Source of the DNA: Nitrososphaerales archaeon
GTDB taxonomy: Archaea; Thermoproteota; Nitrososphaeria; Nitrososphaerales; UBA213
Assembly: GCA_965197925.1 (NCBI GenBank)
Contig: CBDAOC010000019.1
Location: 480,001 to 544,000 of the forward strand
Reading direction: 5' to 3'
DNA length: 64,000 nucleotides
This document shows positions 9,573-20,594 of this stretch, one piece after another; positions within the stretch are counted from its first letter, which is position 1; every line of letters begins with the position of its first letter. The notes under the pieces were generated by a model. That model made no database searches. It was not told the origin of the DNA and saw only the letters and a program-made list of their open reading frames with translations. The position numbers and the translations under genes were made by a program.

Positions 9573-11264
9573 ATGACAAGGCACAGCAACAAGGCACAGC
9601 AACAAGGCACAGCAACAAGGCACAGCAACAAGGCACAGCAACAAGGCACAGCAACAACAAGGCACAGCAACAAGGCACAGCAACAAGGCACAGCAACAAG
9701 GCACAGCAACAAGGCACAGCAACAAGGCACAGCAACAAGGCACAGCAACAAGGCACAGCAACAAGGCACAGCAACAAGGCACAGCAACAAGGCACAGCAA
9801 CAAGGCACAGCAACAAGGCACAGCAACAAGGCACAGCAACAAGGCACAGCAACAAGGCACAGCAACAAGGCACAGCAACAAGGCACAGCAACAAGGCACA
9901 GCAACAAGGCACAGCAACAAGGCACAGCAACAAGGCACAGCAACAAGGCACAGCAACAAGGCACAGCAACACCTAACTGGGTCAACCGAACACTGTTTCA
10001 TGGGGACAATCTGAATTTTCTTCGTGCCATGAACTCCTGTACTGTAGACCTGATCGCAACCGATCCCCCGTTTAACAAGGGACGTGATTTTCACGCCACA
10101 CCTGACAGTCTTGTCAAAGGTGCGTCATTTCAGGACAGGTGGTCATGGGACAGGGATGTTCATCAGGAATGGGTAGATCAAATTACAGACGATCACCCAA
10201 ACGTCATAAATGTAATTCAGAGATCACGCTCAAGCTATGGCGATGACATGGGAGCGTTTCTATGTTTTATGGCAGTCAGACTGTTGGCCATGAGACGTAT
10301 CCTAAAGGATACAGGGTCGATATATCTGCACTGCGATCCTACAGCATCGCATTATCTGAAGGAACTGATGGATTCCATCTTTAACAGTAGGAACTTTCAA
10401 AATGAGATCATATGGCATTATTATAACATCGCAAACGTTGCCAGAAGACATTTTGGACGCAAGCATGATGTGATATTATTATATTCCAAAAACAAACACG
10501 TCTTTAACTGGGATGATATGCGTGAGCCATACGACAAAAACAGTAATTGGGTAAAACACTATGAATCATACGGGGATGACCGCTACAAACCTGACAAACG
10601 TGGCAAGCTGATGCATGATGTTTGGAGGATGCCTATCAATAACATGGCAAAGGAGCGTACAGGATACCCTACACAGAAACCACTGGCGTTATATGAAAGG
10701 ATGATAAAGGCATCAAGCAAAAAGGGTGATATTGTATTAGACCCATTTGCCGGGTGTGCCACAACCTGTGTAGCTGCAGAGAGACTTGGGAGGCAATGGG
10801 TTGGAATTGACATCTGGGACAAAGCACATGAGACAGTCATAGACAGACTGAAAAAGCAAAATCACCTAAGTATTGATGGTAATCGTAATGATATTCTGTT
10901 TAGCGAGGGTGTCATGACATATACCTCAGAATTGCCCAAAAGAACCGATGGCGGTGAAACTGCATCCCCACACCTAAAGACAAAACAAAATGTGTTGGAA
11001 CCACAGGATAAGAAGATGAGCAGGGCCGAAATGATGCAATACTTGTTAGAACAGCACGGCTACAAGTGTCAGAGATGTGATAGAATGTTTGACGATTCAA
11101 GATATTTGGAGCTTGATCACAACACTCCACGTGCTGACGGTGGAATCAACCACATCTCAAACAGGATATTGTTGTGCAGCCCATGTAACAAGCTAAAAAG
11201 ACACTACTATACGCTGTCAGGTCTGAGACGTGAGAATGTAAGGCATGAATATATGGCAAGATAA
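9573..11264 (+). CDS. beta-class N4/N6 DNA methyltransferase fused to a C-terminal HNH endonuclease, with repeat-encoded N-terminus
   Basis: GDNL, DLIATDPPFN (motif IV), YPTQKP, VLDPFAGCATT (motif I); CQRC..LELDHNTPRADGG.NH.SN...LCSPCN; GGTGA SD before ATG 9573. Confidence 0.9.
   Translation: MTRHSNKAQQQGTATRHSNKAQQQGTATTRHSNKAQQQGTATRHSNKAQQQGTATRHSNKAQQQGTATRHSNKAQQQGTATRHSNKAQQQGTATRHSNKAQQQGTATRHSNKAQQQGTATRHSNKAQQQGTATPNWVNRTLFHGDNLNFLRAMNSCTVDLIATDPPFNKGRDFHATPDSLVKGASFQDRWSWDRDVHQEWVDQITDDHPNVINVIQRSRSSYGDDMGAFLCFMAVRLLAMRRILKDTGSIYLHCDPTASHYLKELMDSIFNSRNFQNEIIWHYYNIANVARRHFGRKHDVILLYSKNKHVFNWDDMREPYDKNSNWVKHYESYGDDRYKPDKRGKLMHDVWRMPINNMAKERTGYPTQKPLALYERMIKASSKKGDIVLDPFAGCATTCVAAERLGRQWVGIDIWDKAHETVIDRLKKQNHLSIDGNRNDILFSEGVMTYTSELPKRTDGGETASPHLKTKQNVLEPQDKKMSRAEMMQYLLEQHGYKCQRCDRMFDDSRYLELDHNTPRADGGINHISNRILLCSPCNKLKRHYYTLSGLRRENVRHEYMAR
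9576..9968 (+). repeat. 13-bp tandem repeat (ACAAGGCACAGCA) x30 plus one extra ACA
   Basis: 393 bp directly after the MTase ATG. Confidence 0.95.
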
Positions 11265-11839
11265 TATATGCCAGCACCCGTTAACCCGACAGAACCATAA
11301 AAAGAAATATAATTATATAGGTAGGTCTCTTCAAAATATTATCACTTTTCTACAAAAAAATAAAGATGTTCGTACCGAGCACTATCACTAGAGAAAATCT
11401 GTCAGTCAGTTTCGTACCCCTTCTCAAATCTAGCATAGAAGGGAAGTAGTGCATTTTTACATCGAAGATAATGCGTATTTCCAGATGATTAATATTTGAG
11501 AAAACTCAAACAAAAGCGGAAAAACTTCTAAATTAAGAGTTGATCAACAATTTCACCTTATTGAATTGGTATTTATAAACACCTAGGGCCTGTCTCAATC
11601 AATTTATGAAGGAAAATCAGGTCCTTAAATAAGGAAAAAATTAACGAGTTCTAACCTTTTAGGCCTAGAGGAAATAAATTGAGCAAACTCTACTAGATTT
11701 ACACAAATATTCGTTTCATTTACCATTAAAGCAACACATTCTAGGTTTTATAAAGCCAAGCTTGTTAGTTTACCTTCATCCTAATGTGATACTTCTTGAC
11801 CAAATAATTTAATAGATCGAATACGACTTTATAAAATCG

Positions 11840-12259
11840 TTGACAATTGCGAAAAGTGCGATTTTATCAATCGCGTTAGTATTTGTATTGTTTCCATATA
11901 TGTTAGCTCAGGGAGAGTCTGATTATGGAATCGTGGAGGCAACTGGTTTAGTATTGTTTGAAGATTCTCCGAATTCTGGACTTTGGGCAGCTGAAGCAGA
12001 TTTTTATTCCCATCGGGGAGACGTTATAACAGTATATCAAAATGACGCAAGCGATATTTTTATAGTGACAATAAAAGGAGATGATATTGCATTTGAAGAA
12101 GATGAATTGATAATTTCCGGAATAGGTTTCATTACTAAAAATGGTGTCCTGCTTGAAGAGGGTGATGGCAATTCCACAATGAACAAAAACGGTATGGAGC
12201 TAAAGATCAATGGAAATATTGTTGTGACTGGACAGACAATTTCTTTTACAAAAAATTAA
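11840..12259 (+). CDS. hypothetical secreted protein
   Basis: Signal-peptide-like N-terminus, acidic beta-rich body. Confidence 0.6.
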   Translation: MTIAKSAILSIALVFVLFPYMLAQGESDYGIVEATGLVLFEDSPNSGLWAAEADFYSHRGDVITVYQNDASDIFIVTIKGDDIAFEEDELIISGIGFITKNGVLLEEGDGNSTMNKNGMELKINGNIVVTGQTISFTKN

Positions 12260-12719
12260 TTGGGATTCGTTGATAACTGATAGTTGCTCTCAGTACAGAT
12301 CATAAAACATAGTGGTAGATTAGAATAATAATTAGAGATATTATCAAAGTAACCATTACGAATTAACTCATTTATTATAGTACTTAATTTAGTCTTAATC
12401 GTAACGGTGTCGATAGTAGGCTTTCTTGTAAATCTTCAATACAACTGAAATGATTCTAGTATTTTATCGATAATAGATTTATTACTACAATATTCTGGAT
12501 TGGAACACCTAATATTCCCTTGAGGCAGGGTCAATAATTAATTGACAAAATTTTCAAACAATGGTCATAAAAATCAACATGTATTGAATTGAATTTCTAG
12601 AGCACATATTCAAATGTAATTTCCTATTTATCATATATGTTAATAATTTCTCGTGACAATAGTCGTGTCATGTTGCATCCAGATATTTGTGAGACCTTCT
12701 ACAAAATTAAAAATAATGT

Positions 12720-13590
12720 CAACTCATCTCAAAACTAACCATTTAGACAATTTTTAGCGACCATTTAGATCCATGAATAGCGACATCTAAAATTATTTTA
12801 TGAAATTCCAAGAATTATCAGACAAACAGTGGAGTATGATGGAATCACACATACCACCACATGCAAAAACTGGCAGGCCTAGGGATTATGATAGAAAAAT
12901 CATTAACGGAATAATCCATGTTCTAACTACTGGATGCCGATGGGACGATATGCCAAAAAGATATGGTGATGATTCTACTGCAAACAGAAGGTTAAACAAA
13001 TGGCAACAAAAAGGAATCTGGAAAAAGATTCTATCACGTACTATTCACTCAGCACATAAATCTGGCAAAATTAATCTACAAATATCAGTTGACTCTTCAT
13101 CCATTCCTGATAAAAAAGGGGCAATGTAACTGGATATAATGGATTCAAGAGAATAACAGGTACAAAAATACATGCCGCAGTAGAGAGTAACGGATTTCCA
13201 ATATCCATACTGTTGAGTCCAGCAAATGAACATGACAGTACAAAATGCATGGATGTTACAGGATCAATTTCAGACTATCTTGATGATGATTCAATACAAC
13301 AGATAGAACCAGTTTATGCAGACAAAATGATGCAAAATACATCAGAATGTATTTGTGGGATAGAAATATTGCATGTTGCATCCCATACAAAATAAATTCC
13401 AAGTTCATCTTGCAAAATAATGATTGCAAACATTACAGCAAGACAAGATTTGTAGTTGAGAGATTCCTTGCATGGCTCAAGAATGGATTTCACAGAACAA
13501 GAATCAGATATGAAAGAACGGCAGAAAACTACCTGGCATTTGTTAATCTTGCATCATTTTTGATGTATTGTAGGGTTTTGAGATGAGTTG
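12720..13590 (+). mobile_element. IS5-family element, copy 1 (defective transposase)
   Basis: 16-bp TIR CAACTCATCTCAAAAC; ORF A 12800-13129; A6G4 site; ORF B frameshifted at ADK[GY]D. Confidence 0.93.
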
Positions 13591-13923
13591 ATATTTTAGT
13601 AGAGGAAAAATATTTAGGTTTGGGGAAGGTTAAATTCATTTACATGGAGGCTGGAAAGATAATGTGCTCATGTTGGGATAAAACTTATCTAACAAAGGTC
13701 TAGGGTAGTAAATTTTTGATAATAAATCAGCCTCGCACAATGCGGAAAGTTCATACTTGAATCTCAAAATCTACCAAAATCATATACAATATTAAAGAGT
13801 GAAATCAATAGTTAATTCAGTTTTATTAAACTTCTAGGAGTTCAATTAAAATTTATTCACATGTGGGAAAAACAATAGATATGTTTAGAATGGAAATCAG
13901 AACAGCATTTTTCATAAAAATAA

Positions 13924-14643
13924 TTATTTCAAAGAACGAAGGTCTACAATACTTATAAAACCGTAGCCCTCCCTTGTTGTCCTATTTACATCAGAATTGT
14001 AATCAACTATTATCTTTGAGTAATGTTCTAAAACATCGGCCATCTCTTCCAATGATTTTGATAAATAAAATCCTGGACATCTACCATCAAACTGAAAAGT
14101 GGCATGCACTTGCGGTTTTCCATTTTTTAAAATAACCCAAGACATAAATGGATACATTTGGCAACACCCAGGTCTTTGTGGGTGCAGATTGCAAGAACCT
14201 GTGTTGTCCAAAAATCTACATGACAATGGTGTGCCATCTTGATCCTCTTTTTCCTCTTTCCTTCTTTTCAACGAGATCATTGAAAGTGATGTTATCACAC
14301 CCCCAAATGAATCACCTTCGGTCCAGCTTGAAACCCTCGTTTCAGTATCTATAAATTCTTTTTTTGTATAATGAAATTTGTAAGATAATGCTTCTATATC
14401 CTTAATCGTCAATGGTAATCTTCCCTGTTTTATACAACAGTTATGACATTTAGGCCATAAACAGTCCCATAAGATATAGGATTTATCATTTGTTATTGTA
14501 GGTATATGATAGATCACATCATTAATTTGAACTGCAGTATCCTCTACATCTAGTTTGCCCAAAGCAAGGTCCCGTATTCGCTGATCAATTTCCCACTCTT
14601 TTGATAGCTCATCGAAAGCAGATTTCAGGTGATTACCGTCCAT
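13924..14643 (-). CDS. YkgJ-family Zn/Fe cysteine-cluster protein
   Basis: C...C..CC, CRFLD...C..H..RP..C..YPF, CPG. Confidence 0.85.
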   Translation of the reverse strand: MDGNHLKSAFDELSKEWEIDQRIRDLALGKLDVEDTAVQINDVIYHIPTITNDKSYILWDCLWPKCHNCCIKQGRLPLTIKDIEALSYKFHYTKKEFIDTETRVSSWTEGDSFGGVITSLSMISLKRRKEEKEDQDGTPLSCRFLDNTGSCNLHPQRPGCCQMYPFMSWVILKNGKPQVHATFQFDGRCPGFYLSKSLEEMADVLEHYSKIIVDYNSDVNRTTREGYGFISIVDLRSLK

Positions 14644-14678
14644 AGTTTTATATTATAACACCCGGCTTAATCTTATTA

Positions 14679-15005
14679 ATGCTTCGAACGAAGGGGAAGT
14701 ACGCCTCCTCTACTGAAAACAGGAGGTTGGTATGGGAGAAAATTATCTGGCCCCTTGTGTTGGAAAAAGATAGATCCTATTTCTCTATCGAAGAATATCA
14801 TGAAGTTCGCAACAATTATTGCGAAGAAGAAGTGATTAATCAATCGAAAGTCGTTAGTGGATTTGTTTCCTTGATAGTGAGAGGTTTACTCGTCAAAGAC
14901 AGAGATAAGGAGATTTATTCAGTACATTATAAGGTCATCCCGTATATGAGAAAGAAGATAAGGTTGGACTATGGACAGGCGGTTAGAGAAGTAATTACCA
15001 AATAA
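14679..15005 (+). CDS. conserved hypothetical protein (winged-helix-like)
   Basis: Intact ORF; paralog at 46717-47079. Confidence 0.7.
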   Translation: MLRTKGKYASSTENRRLVWEKIIWPLVLEKDRSYFSIEEYHEVRNNYCEEEVINQSKVVSGFVSLIVRGLLVKDRDKEIYSVHYKVIPYMRKKIRLDYGQAVREVITK

Positions 15006-15227
15006 CCTTTCCCTAGGTAAAAGAACAAATACTAAGTAAATAGTCTCTTAATTAGCCCGGAAGCCCGGTCGAAACTATAAAAGTTGCCGAATCTAGTGGT
15101 CAAGGAAGGGCTAGAAACTCCTTGTGTACCAGGCTCTGGATCCGCTTTGAAAAGATACCTGGTGACAGCAGTTCGAATCTGCTCCGGGCTACCATTTATC
15201 TCTAAAAAACATACATTCTTGTCCAGT

Positions 15228-16841
15228 TCAGATGTGATGGATTCTTGGCCCGGCCTCTTTGATTTCAATTGGGATGTTTTTGAACTTGTTGAAGTTTTCC
15301 ACAAACAGTCTTGCAAGTCTTTTTGCTGCGATATCATATGCGTCCTTTTCTGGCCATGTATATCTAGGATCAAGTATCTCGCTCGGCACGCCGGGACAAG
15401 ATCTTGGAATATCAAGATTGAAAATATCAACATGGATGAACTCTGATTTTTCAATAGAACCATTTATAGCAGCCCTTACAATTGCTCTTGTATGATGGAG
15501 TTTTATTCTTTCACCAACACCATATGGTCCCCCTGACCATCCACTATTCACAAGGTACACCCGAGTTCCATATTTCTCTATTTTCTCACCAAGCATTTTT
15601 GCATAAACCGCAGCAGGACGAGGCATAAAAGGTGCACCAAAACATTTAGAGAATGTTTCTTTGGGTTTAGTTATGCCTCTTTCTGTACCAGCTAGCTTGC
15701 TAGTATATCCTGACATAAAGTGATACATTGCTGCTTCCTTTGTAAGCTTTGCAATAGGAGGCATAACACCGAATGCATCTGCCGTCAAAAATATGATTAA
15801 CTTAGGATGGGCACCAATGCTCGGTATTACTGCATTGCGTATATGATAAAGAGGATAAGCAACTCTGGTATTTTCTGTGATACTATCATCAGCAAAGTCG
15901 GGAGCTCTTGTTGTTTTATCTAGGACAACATTTTCCATTACTGCCCCAAACTTTATTGCATTCCAAATCTGGGGTTCATGTGTCTTATCCAGGTTGATGC
16001 ATTTAGCATAGCAACCTCCTTCGAAATTAAAAACTCCGTCTTCTGACCATCCATGCTCATCGTCACCAATTAGATTTCTCTCATAGTCAGCCGAAAGTGT
16101 GGTTTTTCCTGTCCCTGATAGCCCAAAGAACAAAGCTACATCACCTCCCTTTCCCATGTTGGCACCACAATGCATGGGAAATACACGTCGTTCAGGAAGA
16201 TAATAATTCATAGAAGAGAATACCGCTTTTTTTATTTCACCGGCATAGGAACATGCACTTGTAAGGACAATTTTCTGCTTAAGGTTTATTATGATGAACA
16301 TACCACTTCCAATACCATTCTTTTTTGGATTTATTAGGAAACCATTCATCGCTATTAACGTGAATTCTGGACTAAATGAGTCTAATTCAGAAGGTTTAGG
16401 TCTTATAAAGAGTTGACGCGCAAATAAATTTTGCCAAGCACGATCGTTGATTATACGTAAAGCCATACCATATTTAGGATCTGCTCCAACGAATCCATCA
16501 AAAATAAATATCTCCTTCCCTTGAATATGTTCCTTAATTTTCTGATATATTTTTTCAAAATTTTCTTCGGATAACGGCTGGTTAAACATACCCCAGTGAA
16601 CAGTATCATGTGTGATATCGTCATCTACAATATACCGATCATCAGGAGATCTACCAGTAACTTTACCAGTTACTATAGAAAGTGCTCCAGTAGAAGATAA
16701 GACACCTTCTTTTCTTTTACCTGCCAATTCAACTAACAACTCGACTGGAAGGTTTCTATGTACCTTATCAGTCTTGATACCAATGTTTTCCAGCTCATCC
16801 TTGAATTGGCTCCTCCCAGTAACTCTCCGCTTTTTGATCAT
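15228..16841 (-). CDS. pckA: phosphoenolpyruvate carboxykinase (ATP)
   Basis: TGRSP.DR, YAGEIKK, FFGLSGTGKTTLSAD, LIGDDEHGW, NFEGGCYAK, TENTR. Confidence 0.97.
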   Translation of the reverse strand: MIKKRRVTGRSQFKDELENIGIKTDKVHRNLPVELLVELAGKRKEGVLSSTGALSIVTGKVTGRSPDDRYIVDDDITHDTVHWGMFNQPLSEENFEKIYQKIKEHIQGKEIFIFDGFVGADPKYGMALRIINDRAWQNLFARQLFIRPKPSELDSFSPEFTLIAMNGFLINPKKNGIGSGMFIIINLKQKIVLTSACSYAGEIKKAVFSSMNYYLPERRVFPMHCGANMGKGGDVALFFGLSGTGKTTLSADYERNLIGDDEHGWSEDGVFNFEGGCYAKCINLDKTHEPQIWNAIKFGAVMENVVLDKTTRAPDFADDSITENTRVAYPLYHIRNAVIPSIGAHPKLIIFLTADAFGVMPPIAKLTKEAAMYHFMSGYTSKLAGTERGITKPKETFSKCFGAPFMPRPAAVYAKMLGEKIEKYGTRVYLVNSGWSGGPYGVGERIKLHHTRAIVRAAINGSIEKSEFIHVDIFNLDIPRSCPGVPSEILDPRYTWPEKDAYDIAAKRLARLFVENFNKFKNIPIEIKEAGPRIHHI

Positions 16842-17035
16842 GGATCCTATCGACCTCGCCCCATGTATTTAATTTATTACTTTCATAGTCATAAGCATGT
16901 GTTTCTTATTCTCATACAGGTTTTTCTAGAAATATGAGAGCGTGTAGAAGTCCTGAGTAAATTGCTGCACATATAGGGAATTAATTATTATTACATGTGA
17001 AAATAATTCTATTTATGTTTAAATAGATCATAATA

Positions 17036-18256
17036 TCATCTGATAGATCTAGTTTTCTTGCCCAATTCTGCGATTTTATCTTTTACATCCTTAATCCATA
17101 CATGAGGCACTCTGTACTCATCGTAAAAACTAACAATTTCTTGGTAGTATTTTAAGGCCGTAGCAAACTTTTTTTTGTTTTCTGCAATTTGTGCATCGTT
17201 AAGTAAGAGATAAAACTTTGCGAAATTTGGAGTCAAGAATCCAAGTATTATCTGTACTCCAAGCTTTAGATCTTTGTTTGACGGCTTGTTTTCCAACTTG
17301 GCAATTATATAATTGAACTGTTCTGCTTTACCATTATTATGGCTAACCAACATCTTCAATAAATTTATCAAGTATAGAATGTCTTCAACCATACTTTTAG
17401 GAGATATGGGATTCTTACAGAAATCCGGTTTTTCATTTGAATTGGAGATACCAGAAATTAATTCAATCATCAGTTCAGTATCTCTAGTTAACAAATCATA
17501 CTTCAGTTTGTCCTCTGTATCCTTTTTATTATGATAATCAAGATGAATTCCATTGCTTATGAATAAAGATGGTATTTGTTTTTTAATAAATGGTATGTAA
17601 TTTCCTTTTACTCCAGTAAGAATGTCAACGTCGAACATAATCTTGCGTATACCTGACGAGCATCTATAAATTACATCCTGAATGAACAACGAACGTTCAG
17701 AACCCAGGATGAATACCATATCATTTCCTAGATCGTTACGTCCAAGGGTATCGAGTGATAACATCGCAGCGGTCTTCTTGAGGTTAAATATCGGATTATC
17801 TACGTAGTGATGTGCTCCATACATTGTTTGCCTTTTACCGTCAATCGGTATTAGTTGTTCTTCTCCATCGAAACATGCAAAAAGCAAACTACGCCTATTA
17901 CTATCTTCGGCAAATATCCTTACAAGCTCCAACAAAACTCCTACACCTGCGGCATTATCACTAGCACCAACAAAACCATTACCTAGATGATCGTGATGCG
18001 CATCTATGATTACACACTCTTGTGATAATTCCTTATCATTCCCATATGAGATCCCCATCAAGTTTTGTCCTCCTCCTGGTAGGTTTTGAATATAATCGAG
18101 AAATTTCCCTGGAGTTTTCAATCCAAATTCTTTAAATTGTTCTTGAATATATTGCACTGCCATTCTATTCCCCTTACTACCAAACTCTCTACCTTGCAAC
18201 TCCGGAGAAGCTAAATATCTTACATGTTTCCTTAAATTATTTTCTGATATTTCCAT
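17036..18256 (-). CDS. M28-family metallopeptidase
   Basis: AHHDHLG, GASDNAAG, FDGEE, YH...DT. Confidence 0.88.
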   Translation of the reverse strand: MEISENNLRKHVRYLASPELQGREFGSKGNRMAVQYIQEQFKEFGLKTPGKFLDYIQNLPGGGQNLMGISYGNDKELSQECVIIDAHHDHLGNGFVGASDNAAGVGVLLELVRIFAEDSNRRSLLFACFDGEEQLIPIDGKRQTMYGAHHYVDNPIFNLKKTAAMLSLDTLGRNDLGNDMVFILGSERSLFIQDVIYRCSSGIRKIMFDVDILTGVKGNYIPFIKKQIPSLFISNGIHLDYHNKKDTEDKLKYDLLTRDTELMIELISGISNSNEKPDFCKNPISPKSMVEDILYLINLLKMLVSHNNGKAEQFNYIIAKLENKPSNKDLKLGVQIILGFLTPNFAKFYLLLNDAQIAENKKKFATALKYYQEIVSFYDEYRVPHVWIKDVKDKIAELGKKTRSIR

Positions 18257-18355
18257 ATTGTTTCATAGTACGGGTAAAGTATTAAAATACTAAAAATCTC
18301 CTTGAATCTAATGGTACTCGTTACAGTTCTGACTTGCAAAATGCTAAATTGGACT

Positions 18356-18964
18356 TTAACGTGACGACATAGCTATACGTTCTTGCTCATTTTTCTTTTT
18401 AATTGCAAAACTGTTCATATTGTTACCTGCTGCTAGAATTATTTCGTCAACAAGTGCCTCCTCAATTGACTTGGGATTTGAGAACGTTGATTCTTTTACA
18501 CCTTCTGTTAAGAATCTTAATGCTAAATCAATTCGTCTTAATGGAGAAACATCTACTGAAACATGATATACTACACCTCCATAAACTATTCTAGTTGTAT
18601 CTTCATTTGGTGAAGCGTTTTCTATTGCTCTTATTAATATGGACAGTGGGTTCTCACCCGTCTTGAGGTATATAATTTCAAAAGCTGTTTTCACGATGTT
18701 AATGACCTTCGCCTTTTTGCCTCCCATCCTCCCAGTATTCTTAGCATACTTTTTGCCAAAGTGCATCATCTTGTTTGCTAAGCGCTCGACAACATTCACA
18801 TCTGCCTTTCTGAATCTCTTATGCACATGTCTTCCAAAGGATGATGGAAATATACATGGTTTAAGAGAAAGTACCCTTTGTAGTCCAGGATCTATAACTG
18901 TTACTTGACTAAGGTCCCATTTCCTGAATAACAACTTATTAGATGCTGATTGGTTCAAATTCAT
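18356..18964 (-). CDS. rps7: 30S ribosomal protein S7 (uS7)
   Basis: [30 protein letters not shown]...ERIA.SSR. Confidence 0.97.
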   Translation of the reverse strand: MNLNQSASNKLLFRKWDLSQVTVIDPGLQRVLSLKPCIFPSSFGRHVHKRFRKADVNVVERLANKMMHFGKKYAKNTGRMGGKKAKVINIVKTAFEIIYLKTGENPLSILIRAIENASPNEDTTRIVYGGVVYHVSVDVSPLRRIDLALRFLTEGVKESTFSNPKSIEEALVDEIILAAGNNMNSFAIKKKNEQERIAMSSR

Positions 18965-19401
18965 CGCCTTGGTTTTTCTTTTCTACCCCTTACCAATTCA
19001 TTAAGTGAGACCCCATTCACCTTGAAAACCTGCCAACGAACCCCAGGTATATCACCCATAGCCCCACCCATAGATCCACCGATACCTTCTAGTACGACTT
19101 CATCATGCTCATCGATATAGTTCAACGCACCGTCCCTGGGAAGAAATGCTGTTATACTTTTACCATTTTTGATCAGCTGCACCCTAACACATTTCCTTAC
19201 CGCTGAATTGGGTTGTTTTGATTCAACCCCAACCTTCTCTAACACAATACCTCTAGCTTGAGGGGCGCCTTCTAATGGGTTGGTTTTTTTGTCCAGCAAA
19301 AACATTTTTCTATTATAATATTTGTCAGACCACCTAAATCTTCCCTTCTTCTGCTTAAGCACACGTCCTGCAAACAAACCTAGCGGAGATTTTCTTGCCA
19401 A
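18961..19401 (-). CDS. rps12: 30S ribosomal protein S12 (uS12)
   Basis: [27 protein letters not shown]. Confidence 0.98.
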   Translation of the reverse strand: MARKSPLGLFAGRVLKQKKGRFRWSDKYYNRKMFLLDKKTNPLEGAPQARGIVLEKVGVESKQPNSAVRKCVRVQLIKNGKSITAFLPRDGALNYIDEHDEVVLEGIGGSMGGAMGDIPGVRWQVFKVNGVSLNELVRGRKEKPRR

Positions 19402-19405
19402 TTTG

Positions 19406-19861
19406 TCACCTTGGAATCTGTTCCGGTGTAACTATTAATACATTCGAAATTTGAAAATACCGCTTCATCAAGAGTCTTGCCTTTTCAGCGTTTCTTCCCT
19501 CTCTGCCTACAACCACACCCTTCTTCTTTGGATCAACTACAGCAACAGCAACCTTGGTACCATTATCCTTTTCATTAATCTTAACATCTAAAATCAAGCT
19601 TGAACTTAACGTATTTCGTATAAATTCATTAACATCGTCAGAATATTCAACCAATTCGATCTTCTTCCCAACAATATCTTGCATTGTCTTAATGGTAGCC
19701 CCATTCTTGCCAATAGCCAGTCCCATAGAACCCTTGTTAACTATAAATATCACCCTATCAAGTTTTTCGTCAATAACACAATCCCTAGCTGTTGCACTAG
19801 TAATGCTCTGGAATAGTGACATCAATTGCAATTCATCTGTTGTTAATTTGATTTCAGTCAA
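19406..19861 (-). CDS. nusA: archaeal NusA (KH-domain) transcription factor
   Basis: [24 protein letters not shown]; upstream of S12. Confidence 0.95.
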   Translation of the reverse strand: MTEIKLTTDELQLMSLFQSITSATARDCVIDEKLDRVIFIVNKGSMGLAIGKNGATIKTMQDIVGKKIELVEYSDDVNEFIRNTLSSSLILDVKINEKDNGTKVAVAVVDPKKKGVVVGREGRNAEKARLLMKRYFQISNVLIVTPEQIPR

Positions 19862-19921
19862 TTCTTTTCTCCGCTATGAATACACACCCTTCTATAAAGC
19901 TTCATTTAAATCTTAATATTT

Positions 19922-19987
19922 TTTATACTAAGATCTGGCGATATTTCTAAATATTTATACTAAGATCTGGCGATATTTCTAAATATT
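19922..19987. repeat. 32-bp tandem duplication
   Basis: TTTATACTAAGATCTGGCGATATTTCTAAATA x2. Confidence 0.9.
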
Positions 19988-20594
19988 AATATCAATAATA
20001 CAATAGATAATCTCTTCACCAACAAGTTCAAAGTAATAAAAATCACAATATTTAGTGATTATTGTCCAACAAAGAAATGGAAATATCTAAATGAAACTAA
20101 TTGTGTGTTAATCTTTAATCATAGATGCCATATTCTCTACACTCAATGGTACACCACACTCTTTTTACCATATTTTATACTAGTAGCGTAAACTAGATAC
20201 ACAATTAAAGAATTATCCATTTTATCAAGGAAGAACTGCCATGTTCATACATGGTCCTATATGACCTTTACAACTATAATTTTGTATGCCAATGGTTACA
20301 TTCTACCAAATGAAAAACATTTATTCTCTAATCCAGAGCTTGAATGACCCTATATTCTCTCATCCTAAATATGGCAATTATTGTTCATATAAAGAACAAC
20401 GACAAAGGCAATTGTATGAAAAAATTAGTGAAACAAATAATTAAGATTTTTTCCACTACTAAATTATGAAAATCTATTCCAATAGAATTATTCACCTATT
20501 ATCTTTGATCCTCCGTTTAATTTAGCACAGCATTTTTTATCTACCATTATTATAATAAATCCAAGAAAAAATTAATCTATCCTCTTTACTGAAT

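Larger units (their letters stand above)
9032..11296. mobile_element. non-autonomous TIR-bounded cargo element with IS6-like ends
   Basis: Perfect 26-bp inverted repeats GGTTCTGTCGGGTTAACGGGTGCTGG (9032-9057 and 11271-11296); no transposase inside; no target duplication seen. Confidence 0.8.

Noticed and set aside
9576..9968. CRISPR array
   Set aside because: Head-to-tail 13-mers with no unique spacers and no cas genes nearby
9321..10094. Cys-rich minus-strand ORFs (CCCALLLCLVAVP)n
   Set aside because: Antisense shadows of the 13-bp repeat
15032..15463. 143-aa ORF overlapping the pckA 3' end
   Set aside because: Mostly an alternate-frame overlap; no convincing start for the downstream part
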